Virus record (IMG/VR): IMGVR_UViG_3300029349_000001
Coordinates: 64,001 to 128,000 of that record
DNA: 64,000 nucleotides
Direction: 5' to 3' (one strand)
Source: a virus
The notes beneath the pieces are model-generated. The model ran no database searches. It was not told the origin of the DNA and saw only the letters and a program-made list of their open reading frames with translations. The position numbers were made by a program, and so were the translations under genes. This document shows, in pieces, positions 20,417 to 28,798 of the stretch. Numbering within the stretch: the stretch's first letter is position 1; every line of letters begins with the position of its first letter.

Positions 20417-21084
20417 ATGAAAACCTTGGCTTTTGGAATATCTCTCACGTTATTTATCTTCATAAAGTTTTTCTTATCTGCTGTTTGTACATTAAAATGA
20501 ATTTTCTGTTCTATTAACAGATTGATGATTTCAAATAGATACATCTGTGAGATTCTTTGTTTGTCTATGTTCTTAATAGCGCTTATTGCATCAGGATTGA
20601 ACATAACACATTCTGTCCACTTATTTGGTAAATCAAAGAATAAGTATTCTATAGAAGATTCGCCAATATAGCCTATATCAAAATTGGTTTTGGGTTTATT
20701 AATACAATATATTTGTGACGTATGGCTTTGTCCAGGTTTGGCTTTGAATGGGTTGTTTTTAAACAGTACGCCATTCGTTATCACCAACAAATTCTTTGTA
20801 TGTTGGAGTTGATCTAAAAAAATAGATAATGAGGCGCCGTGATTCGTATTTGCATAATCTGGATTATATACTATATTAATATTTTTGGTATTGCTATAGA
20901 GTTTGAGAATTTTATCATGTTCAAAACCCGACACTATAGTAATAGTATTGTGATTATTATATTTTTTAATTTCATTGATTTGATATTCTATGACAGAAAT
21001 TGATTGTTTAATTTTAAGTAGGGCTTTTGATCCTATAGATTTCATTCCCTTGGTAATTTCCGGCGCTATAATTAAAATATCCAT
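20413..21084 (-). CDS. Sugar-nucleotidyltransferase-like (LicC/NTP_transf_3) protein
   Basis: KGMKSIGSKALL, IVSGFEHDKI, VYNPDYANTN..SL, GVLF; the Gly-rich loop is degenerate. Confidence 0.65.
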   Translation of the reverse strand: MDILIIAPEITKGMKSIGSKALLKIKQSISVIEYQINEIKKYNNHNTITIVSGFEHDKILKLYSNTKNINIVYNPDYANTNHGASLSIFLDQLQHTKNLLVITNGVLFKNNPFKAKPGQSHTSQIYCINKPKTNFDIGYIGESSIEYLFFDLPNKWTECVMFNPDAISAIKNIDKQRISQMYLFEIINLLIEQKIHFNVQTADKKNFMKINNVRDIPKAKVFI

Positions 21085-21088
21085 AATT

Positions 21089-21829
21089 TTAGTACTGATG
21101 AATTAATATATGTTCTATGTTTTTTGTGACGCCTTCAGAAATTAGTTGCTCATTTTCTTTACATAGTTGACGGAAGTTATCAAAAGCTATAAACAGACCG
21201 TCCAAAGAAAAATATGGGGTTCTACACAACATATGGGCTTTGGGTTTTGTGATAGTCATAATTTCGTTAATATCTGCTATCTGCTTGTCTAGATCGTGCA
21301 TGTTATTACTATCGACTATCCAAGCATATTGTGATTGGTTTTTATTTTTGTTCGTGTCAAAGACTATGTTCAAAGCTTTTTCTCTAGGCTCTTCTTGTAA
21401 GAAATTATGTAGTTTCCATTCGCAGATATCTGATAATTGATCCTTTAATACATCAATAATTTTCGCCGTATTATTACTAGCAAATAAAATGAGAGAAAGA
21501 TATTTAGGCTTAATAGGCATCAACTTCATTTGCTTTACTATATCAGGAATAGTATCTTCTGTGGCGAAGATAGTAATATAGTATGGTATTTCGCATCTTT
21601 TGTAGATTTCGCTGGTAAGTTTATCAATACCACCTATCTCTTGTTTATTTTTATCGTATGTTACAAGATCGAATCCGTACAAGCATCTGTAGTCTTCTAT
21701 GATATTAAAGCCGTCATTGTCAATCTTGGTTGTATAGAATGGTTTAATTCTATTGATGATGTTCATTGTACATGGTTCTTCGGCATTTGCTAGATCTGCG
21801 AAAATGCATTTTTGACATAATGTCTTCAT
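21089..21829 (-). CDS. Hypothetical protein with N-terminal Cys cluster
   Basis: CQKCIF..C..C; in-operon ORF. Confidence 0.55.
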   Translation of the reverse strand: MKTLCQKCIFADLANAEEPCTMNIINRIKPFYTTKIDNDGFNIIEDYRCLYGFDLVTYDKNKQEIGGIDKLTSEIYKRCEIPYYITIFATEDTIPDIVKQMKLMPIKPKYLSLILFASNNTAKIIDVLKDQLSDICEWKLHNFLQEEPREKALNIVFDTNKNKNQSQYAWIVDSNNMHDLDKQIADINEIMTITKPKAHMLCRTPYFSLDGLFIAFDNFRQLCKENEQLISEGVTKNIEHILIHQY

Positions 21830-22251
21830 ATTGAGTTTCTCTTGAGAGTTATTGCTATAGTAGTATTTTGTGGATTTTTATTGATTTTAACAATAGAATA
21901 GGTATTGTTATATTTTTCTATAATATTTTTGATGTCAATTAATCCGATGCTATTATGAATTTTCTCGATAGCTTGAGACATTGCAGCAGAGTCTATCATT
22001 TTGTTAACATATCCATTAGATAAAGTTAACATATCGAGAATTTCTATAACACAGATACCTGTTTGTGGTCTAATTTTATTTAATAGCTGTACTATTATTG
22101 TTTCGCATAAATTATATGCTAATACATTTAATTCTGCGAATCGCAATACATCCACAGAATAATCTGGTATATTATTTATTTCATTAATATGTATATTTTG
22201 AAAACCAGTTTGATCAGCATTTTGTATTTTAATATTGATTATTTTATTCAT
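21826..22251 (-). CDS. Hypothetical protein, weak SAM-methyltransferase-like fragment
   Basis: IPDYSVDVL...LLNKIRPQTG resembles DxSVDxI...LKPGG; no SAM-binding motif I. Confidence 0.4.
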   Translation of the reverse strand: MNKIINIKIQNADQTGFQNIHINEINNIPDYSVDVLRFAELNVLAYNLCETIIVQLLNKIRPQTGICVIEILDMLTLSNGYVNKMIDSAAMSQAIEKIHNSIGLIDIKNIIEKYNNTYSIVKINKNPQNTTIAITLKRNSI

Positions 22252-23093
22252 AATTTGTTTCTTTGCGTTTTAATTAGTTTATCAAGTTCTTTAACCATGC
22301 TAATATCACTGTCATAAATATTGTGTTGAGTTTTATTGGGTCTATCTAATATTTGACCTATTGTAGAGTTTATGGTAGAGAAATTAGAGACAATTTCTAG
22401 ATCCAAATACTTATTTTTCTGTGTAGTAATTGTATGACACCCAAGCAAGCCACACACTATGCTATCATAGATATAGTCTATTGATATAGCTACTCTATAT
22501 TTTGATATTTCTGTCATTAAGTCTCTTAGACTTTGAAAGTCTTTATAAGATATCATTCTAGCATTAGGGTATTGGCTTTTGATAGACTGGTACAGTAAGG
22601 CGGTTTGCCTGAGATTATTTGGATTTAAAACCACAACAGATTCTGTTTTGTTAATATTAGTATTTATATTCTCTGGGAATCCATAGTTGATAATATTATT
22701 ATATCCAACAGCCCAGTTTTCTGCAATGTTAATATCAAAAAACACCTTTTGTGTATCTGTTAAATATCTAGCTAATAAAAACTTGTCTTCTTTTTTAATA
22801 TTGCTTATAGGATTACTATGAACTAATAACATTGAAGGTATATTCAATGATTTGATTTTAGCCTGATGTTGAGAGTACGATACTGGATCGGATGCTATAC
22901 AAAAATCATATGTTATGGAGTCAAAGTCTATTTCGTCTGTAGAACCATATACGAATACATTATGATTTAATAGCGAACATACAACGTCGTCAAACATAGA
23001 TCCTGTTTTGAAATATATAATATTAGCAGGATTTTGCTGAATTTTATTGTATATCGAGTCAATGACTGAAAATGTTACTGTATTATTTTGCAT
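22248..23093 (-). CDS. Degenerate GT-B glycosyltransferase-like protein
   Basis: YDFCI, IINYGF, SKYRVAI...GLLGCHTITT layout. Confidence 0.45.
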   Translation of the reverse strand: MQNNTVTFSVIDSIYNKIQQNPANIIYFKTGSMFDDVVCSLLNHNVFVYGSTDEIDFDSITYDFCIASDPVSYSQHQAKIKSLNIPSMLLVHSNPISNIKKEDKFLLARYLTDTQKVFFDINIAENWAVGYNNIINYGFPENINTNINKTESVVVLNPNNLRQTALLYQSIKSQYPNARMISYKDFQSLRDLMTEISKYRVAISIDYIYDSIVCGLLGCHTITTQKNKYLDLEIVSNFSTINSTIGQILDRPNKTQHNIYDSDISMVKELDKLIKTQRNKL

Positions 23094-24088
23094 ACTAGAT
23101 CCGATAGTGATTTATTGGTGTTTTTGCTTCTGTGTACAGAGGTATTATTTACAGACTGTAATAGAGTTTTAGATATACTTTCTGTCGTTAGTGAATTTTG
23201 CTTAAGCTGTATATCATCTATACTTAAAATTGGGATAATCGGCATCTGGGTATAGGATACATCTTTGTGTGTGACATATGCTATGCTATTTTGTTTACAG
23301 TATTTTTCATACATAACATACTTAGTATATGCATTTAGCGACAAGTAGCAATTTAGATTATTAAGAAATCTAATCGAATCCATATGATTACAATTATTAA
23401 ACATAAAGATGATTTTATCATAGTTTGTAATCTTTAAAGACTGTTTAATATCAGCATAAAAAGATTCTAACTCAGATTTTTCTTTATCCGTAGCCGTTAT
23501 CAGAATGCACAGAGATACATCGTCATTAGCCCTAAAAGTTGTGAGAAAAGCCTGTATTAATTTATGTATAACACCACTTTCCTTTGAATATAATCCTATA
23601 AATCCAAATTTATACAGGTGGTCGTAGGAGCCAATATTGTATCTTTCTTTATTACATTGATTGAGGATAAGCGGCGACTGTTGCTCGTATATTTCTACAT
23701 TGGTGTTTTTGTTTTGAATTTGTTCTTTTGTTTTGATATCGTCTACTAGTATAGATGCGTAATGAGATAGTATATCTGTGTTTGTATATTGGATGTAGGG
23801 ACTCACAAAAGGTATGATAATATTAGGAGCATAATAATTTATAGCAAGAAAATCTATGGGTAAATTTTGTATAACGCCATCTAGTTGTCCAACTCCGTCT
23901 AAAGAAGAGGCCGTATTTAGTAGGATACTACTTGTATCAAATATGTCGTTGGAATCAACAGGTATATGCTTTGCAATAATGTTTAGATGCTCGACCTGAG
24001 ATAATTCATGTATGTTTCTTAGTGCTGCTTGACCAACATAATTGGGTTGCTGATATGGGCCGAGATATAGTATGTTTTTCTTATTCAT
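23075..24088 (-). CDS. GT4-like glycosyltransferase (degenerate)
   Basis: NILYLGPY, YKFGFIG...LIQAFLTTF..DDVSLCI; the E-x7-E motif is absent. Confidence 0.6.
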   Translation of the reverse strand: MNKKNILYLGPYQQPNYVGQAALRNIHELSQVEHLNIIAKHIPVDSNDIFDTSSILLNTASSLDGVGQLDGVIQNLPIDFLAINYYAPNIIIPFVSPYIQYTNTDILSHYASILVDDIKTKEQIQNKNTNVEIYEQQSPLILNQCNKERYNIGSYDHLYKFGFIGLYSKESGVIHKLIQAFLTTFRANDDVSLCILITATDKEKSELESFYADIKQSLKITNYDKIIFMFNNCNHMDSIRFLNNLNCYLSLNAYTKYVMYEKYCKQNSIAYVTHKDVSYTQMPIIPILSIDDIQLKQNSLTTESISKTLLQSVNNTSVHRSKNTNKSLSDLVCKIIQ

Positions 24089-24093
24089 ATATG

Positions 24094-25758
24094 TTATTTA
24101 TTGTCTTTGATATTAGCATACTCAATATAATCATCATTAAATTTAAGTTTATTAACTCTTGCGTATTCTGCTTGATTATTATTGTCTATAAGAGTATTAA
24201 AATATTCTATAATGTCTTTAGCATTATAACCAGCGATACTCATACCATTAATAGTAAATCCGTAGTCCGCTTGCTTCAACATATCTAAAACATTTTTATC
24301 TAAAGCATAGGCATGTTTTAAATATTTATCAAATATAAATTGAACCATATCTATGTTAGAAATATTAGCCGGTATAGAGGCTGTATCGATCTTTGGTAGG
24401 ATCTGTGGAGGATCGTCCCATTTTGAAACATAGGTATCAGATAGTTTATCTAGATAAGTCTCCCACTTGAGAGCTATATTATCCCAATTATAGTGTTGCT
24501 CTGTAAGAGTGCGTGTTTTTGTTGATATCTCATTTTTATTAGATGAATGATAAAACTTTACAATATATTCAATTAAGCTCCTATTGTCAGGATAGGTTCG
24601 AATAGCTTGAGTTTCCAGTTCCTTAAAATAGCTTGCAATAGGTATAGGATATGCTTCTAGTTTATCAACAACATCACACATAGCACTATAATTGACGGTT
24701 GCTATTGGCACACCACAAGCAGCGGCTTCTACTTGCGGCATACCGAAACCTTCGCAAATAGAATATTGTACATATAGGTCAAAAGTATTGTAGATTAAAG
24801 ATAGGTCGTTTGTGGATACCCCATGAGTTACAGAAGACAACGCCATACTTTTTTCTAGACATCGTGGACATACCTTGGTTGGTCCAGTAAATACGTTGGC
24901 CTGAATAAAGTTGCATTTTTTACAAACATATGAGAATAGTACTCTATTAATACAACCATATTCTTTTAGAATTTGTGGCAAGTCCCAACCAGCATCTGGA
25001 TAACTAGTATGCATATACAAATATATATTATTGCGTATGTCATCGCTGATATTTTTATCTTGTAGAATTGTGCCAATAACATTAAAAAGTTCTGGAATCA
25101 GTTTGCGTTTCTGATTTCTCATAACAGAACCTATAATAAATGCATTTTCTGGCACACCCAAAGCCTTGCGTATATCAGACTTTTCTGTTGCTGAGTATGG
25201 TTTGAAAGTGGTTAAGTCTACGCCGGGAGAGGCGGTGTCTATATAATTAACCGATCCAGCAGTTTGCTTTTTTAAAACTTTGGCTCCCCAGTCAGAATAA
25301 GTAAAAATAGCATCAGCAGAAAGAAAGGTATCAATCCATTCTTCTTGTTGTGGCTCAGAGTCTACTGTTGGCATCAGCACCCAATGCACAAACTTTCTTA
25401 ATGGTGACCATCTTTGATAAGAATTCATCCAGTAGTCACGAACATCAATTACTACATCGGGCTTGAAATCTAGTAATACTTTTTCAAATCTCCAACGACC
25501 AAATTGGTTATCTGGTCTAGACATATATTCTTTGTATCTGGCGTCTTCGGACCTAACACCGTTGGCATAATATCTCCATTTGATAGCAGTATCTCTAGGA
25601 TCATTTACAAAACCATAAGAAGCAAATTCCGCTATTTCATACTTGTTAGTCTTATGTAACCTAGACAGAACCTCTTTTGCATAAACGCCAAATCCAGAGC
25701 TTAAAAAACTGGCTTCGGAACACATTAATACTTTGAGTTTTCTTTTATCTGTTGCCAT
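24094..25758 (-). CDS. GT4 family glycosyltransferase with CxxC-CxxC insert
   Basis: SGFGVY, PGVD, RNQKRK and intact EGFGMPQVE-AAACG motif. Confidence 0.85.
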   Translation of the reverse strand: MATDKRKLKVLMCSEASFLSSGFGVYAKEVLSRLHKTNKYEIAEFASYGFVNDPRDTAIKWRYYANGVRSEDARYKEYMSRPDNQFGRWRFEKVLLDFKPDVVIDVRDYWMNSYQRWSPLRKFVHWVLMPTVDSEPQQEEWIDTFLSADAIFTYSDWGAKVLKKQTAGSVNYIDTASPGVDLTTFKPYSATEKSDIRKALGVPENAFIIGSVMRNQKRKLIPELFNVIGTILQDKNISDDIRNNIYLYMHTSYPDAGWDLPQILKEYGCINRVLFSYVCKKCNFIQANVFTGPTKVCPRCLEKSMALSSVTHGVSTNDLSLIYNTFDLYVQYSICEGFGMPQVEAAACGVPIATVNYSAMCDVVDKLEAYPIPIASYFKELETQAIRTYPDNRSLIEYIVKFYHSSNKNEISTKTRTLTEQHYNWDNIALKWETYLDKLSDTYVSKWDDPPQILPKIDTASIPANISNIDMVQFIFDKYLKHAYALDKNVLDMLKQADYGFTINGMSIAGYNAKDIIEYFNTLIDNNNQAEYARVNKLKFNDDYIEYANIKDNK

Positions 25759-25788
25759 AATTATATGTTGTTGATATTGGAAGAGATA

Positions 25789-25815
25789 TAAAAAAGGGGG
25801 TCGTTTATGACCCCC
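25789..25815 (-). terminator. Rho-independent terminator after ssb
   Basis: Minus strand GGGGGTC-ATAAAC-GACCCCC followed by a T-run. Confidence 0.85.
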
Positions 25816-25845
25816 AGTTTTATTTGGTCTTATAAGACTCTACTA

Positions 25846-26223
25846 CTAAAACGCCACAGTTTCCTTGCTGTCGCCCGTCTTAGATGTTGCTCTCGATAGC
25901 TTTGTAATCTTCGAGAAATTATTCACCCTGACCTTGAGGGTGTTATGCTTAACGCCGTCCTTTTCCCAAGAATCATTCCTTAAAGATCCTTCGATAAGTA
26001 CTAGATCACCCTTCTTAAAGGATTCACCAATTACTTCGGCACCAGAATCCCAAGCTTCACAATTGATAAAGGAAGTAATCTTATCCTTTTCGCCATTGTT
26101 CTTGGTATATTCACGAGAAGTAGCAACGGTAAAATTAACCACTGATGTCTGCTTATCTCCGCTACCAACCACTCGTAGTTCTGGATCTCGTGCAAGATTA
26201 CCCTTTAATAGTACAATATTCAT
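25846..26223 (-). CDS. ssb: Single-stranded DNA-binding protein
   Basis: NIVLLKGNLARDPELR, FINCEAW, KGDLVLIEGSLRNDSW; tail ends in VAF. Confidence 0.95.
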   Translation of the reverse strand: MNIVLLKGNLARDPELRVVGSGDKQTSVVNFTVATSREYTKNNGEKDKITSFINCEAWDSGAEVIGESFKKGDLVLIEGSLRNDSWEKDGVKHNTLKVRVNNFSKITKLSRATSKTGDSKETVAF

Positions 26224-26273
26224 AGCTAATCATCTCCATAAAAATGTTTAAAATACCAAACCGTCACAGTACT

Positions 26274-26301
26274 ATTATATGAATCGGGCCTGTGGTGTCA
26301 A
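26274..26301 (-). promoter_or_regulatory. Sigma70-type promoter of ssb
   Basis: Minus strand TTGACA-16 nt-TATAAT (perfect hexamers). Confidence 0.8.
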
Positions 26302-27920
26302 GTCATAGGCTCAAAACACTTTGATACAACCAGACCGTCTCCTGTTTTCGTTTTATCGCCAAAAAATACAAGAATATTTCCTTCAAATAGATGGTGCTTA
26401 TACTCAGCCAATTGTTCTGGAAACATTATCAATGAGTCTAATATTCCTACAGAATCTTCGATGCTGATAAATGCCATTTCTTGTCCTGGGTTTTTTCCTC
26501 TTTTAGTTTTGATAAAATTAACCGAAGAAATTTCACCAGCAATAATAACGTTTTTGTTATATGCAGAAGTTTTAAATGTTTTGCAGTCGGTGTTTGTCAT
26601 TGTCGTGTCGTATGTATCTAGTTTAGAACAGGACAATGCAACCCCGAGCAAACCGTTTTCAGAGTCTGAAATCCACTCTATCTTATCTGTTAAAGAAAAT
26701 GGAGGATGTTGTATTGTATGTATTAGATTATTAATTGCTTCTTTTCTTTTTGTTGTAAGCTTAAGGGTGGCAACGCCATCTAATAACATCTGTTCCAGAT
26801 TTTTGTAGTTTTTGACTAGTCTTAGTTCATTGAGTTTTTCTAATTCTTTTGCTGTTAATGCTGATAGAATATCTAATTCCAACAACATTTCCGTGCGAGT
26901 CTTTTTACTAAAATCTACAGCACCACAAGAAATTAGTGATTTAGCTGCGGCAGAGTTGATATTTAGTAAAATATCTATGAGAATATCATACCAAGACAGA
27001 GCATACAAATCTTTACCAGAACAAATACCTAATAGTTTTTTATATACTGAAGCTCCGACAGCCTTTATGTCCGTTAGGCCAAAATATATCTCTTTGTCTT
27101 TGATGTAAAAGAATTCATTTAAATTACGTAAGTCTGGTATTCTGATACTAATACCCATGCTATTAGCATTTCTAACTAATTCTTTAATTTCTTGCTGTGG
27201 ATCAATTTTATCTTTAGCATATCTGAGATATGAAGCAAAAAATATCCTTGGAAAATGTGCTTTGGCATAGGCTGATAAATACGCATTAACCGCATAAGAC
27301 ACAGCATGACTAGCGTTGAACAAATATCTCTGACTCTTTTCGATCCATCCGAATATCTGTTCTGCTTCATCCGTGGTAACAATACTCAGTTTAGCACACC
27401 CGTCGATAAATTGCTTTTTAACCTTGGCCATTTTATCGGCTTGTTTTTTGCCGATAGCTTTTCTTAGTTCATCAGCATCTTGAAGATTGAATCCGGCAAC
27501 AGACTTAGCAATACCCATCGCCTGTTCTTGATAAACCATCTCTCCGTATGTTTCCTTAAGAATAGGCTCTAACGCAGGATGGAAGTAGTCAATAGCCTCT
27601 AATCCGTTTTTTCTGTCTATATAATGATGAGATACGCTCTTTCCATCTCGATAAGCTTCCAAACATCCCGGCCTTAAGATAGAAATTAGTGCAGATAATT
27701 GTTCTATATTTTCCGGTTTGAGTTTTTTTGCCATAGATTGGCCCAGCCTTGATTCTAGCTGGAAACATCCCTTGGTATTGCCTTCTGATATCAACTCCCA
27801 TGTTCTAGAACAAGACAGATTGATATTAGCAATATTAGGATCAAAAATAATTTTGGGAGTTGTTGAATGTTCCGATATAGGAAATTTACAACCACAATCA
27901 AATGTAAAATAACTTGACAT
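26298..27920 (-). CDS. dnaE: DNA polymerase III alpha, C-terminal half (fingers/HhH/OB)
   Basis: GCFQLES, LRPG, ETYG..VYQEQ, ADELRKAIGKK, FNASHAVSY, OB-fold MAFISIED. Confidence 0.92.
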   Translation of the reverse strand: MSSYFTFDCGCKFPISEHSTTPKIIFDPNIANINLSCSRTWELISEGNTKGCFQLESRLGQSMAKKLKPENIEQLSALISILRPGCLEAYRDGKSVSHHYIDRKNGLEAIDYFHPALEPILKETYGEMVYQEQAMGIAKSVAGFNLQDADELRKAIGKKQADKMAKVKKQFIDGCAKLSIVTTDEAEQIFGWIEKSQRYLFNASHAVSYAVNAYLSAYAKAHFPRIFFASYLRYAKDKIDPQQEIKELVRNANSMGISIRIPDLRNLNEFFYIKDKEIYFGLTDIKAVGASVYKKLLGICSGKDLYALSWYDILIDILLNINSAAAKSLISCGAVDFSKKTRTEMLLELDILSALTAKELEKLNELRLVKNYKNLEQMLLDGVATLKLTTKRKEAINNLIHTIQHPPFSLTDKIEWISDSENGLLGVALSCSKLDTYDTTMTNTDCKTFKTSAYNKNVIIAGEISSVNFIKTKRGKNPGQEMAFISIEDSVGILDSLIMFPEQLAEYKHHLFEGNILVFFGDKTKTGDGLVVSKCFEPMT

Positions 27921-27925
27921 ACAAT

Positions 27926-28621
27926 TTAGTTCGTGGCGAATGATCCTCTAAATTTAACCTTTTTACCTAAATTCCTGTGCAGTCTTAAGAATCTAATAAG
28001 AATATCGGCAGTATCTCTAACGTCCTTTAAGGCGTCGTGAGCACCCTCTTTTGATATTCCCAAATAGTCTCTTAGGTTATCTAATGTATAGTTTTTAAGT
28101 TCGTTGTTAGATTCAAACCAGTAGAATATAACATTCATTACATCAACAACGTCTCTAGGATAAAATAGTGAAGACCTACCTTCTTTATTGAGGTTGTTAT
28201 ACTTCTTACTAAGCCTCTCGATAATACGAAGATCAAATCTATTAATATTGTATCCTGCTGCAATTGGGGCAGTAAAACAGGATCGCTTATCGGATCTAAT
28301 ATGATACTTTTCTAGATAAGACAAGAATAATTTCCAAGATTGTTGCTGAGGCGTATAAGAATGCCACATTTTTAATATGTCATCTTGTGAACAACCACGA
28401 ACCTTTGAATGAAATTCTAGTATATCAGAATCAGAATATGTATATGTAGAATCGGCCTCAAGTTTCTCGGGCTTGATACTAACATTGAATTCTGAGTCTG
28501 GTATAATTTCTAGTCTTAATGGATCGACAATAACCGCCGCTATTTGAACTGGACTGCATGAATCCGGATCGGATCCATCGGTTTCCATATCAAACACACA
28601 AAGTTTTTGAAAATTAGGCAT
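27926..28621 (-). CDS. dnaQ: DEDDh 3'-5' exonuclease (Pol III epsilon-like)
   Basis: DMETDG, GYNINRFD, HDALKD. Confidence 0.88.
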   Translation of the reverse strand: MPNFQKLCVFDMETDGSDPDSCSPVQIAAVIVDPLRLEIIPDSEFNVSIKPEKLEADSTYTYSDSDILEFHSKVRGCSQDDILKMWHSYTPQQQSWKLFLSYLEKYHIRSDKRSCFTAPIAAGYNINRFDLRIIERLSKKYNNLNKEGRSSLFYPRDVVDVMNVIFYWFESNNELKNYTLDNLRDYLGISKEGAHDALKDVRDTADILIRFLRLHRNLGKKVKFRGSFATN

Positions 28622-28796
28622 TTACTTGTACCGTTGTATCCTCTGTAAAAAATGACTTAACTGACGAGTTATTTACTTCTTGAGCATTGATAGACTTGCA
28701 GCAACTTACCCTTACTGTTTCTATCTTAACATATTCCATTCCATTGACAAAAAATCTATCATTAACACCAAGTTCATTAAATTTCTTATCTACCAT
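28614..28796 (-). CDS. Small hypothetical protein
   Basis: GGAG SD upstream; overlaps the dnaQ start. Confidence 0.65.
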   Translation of the reverse strand: MVDKKFNELGVNDRFFVNGMEYVKIETVRVSCCKSINAQEVNNSSVKSFFTEDTTVQVNA

Positions 28797-28798
28797 GA

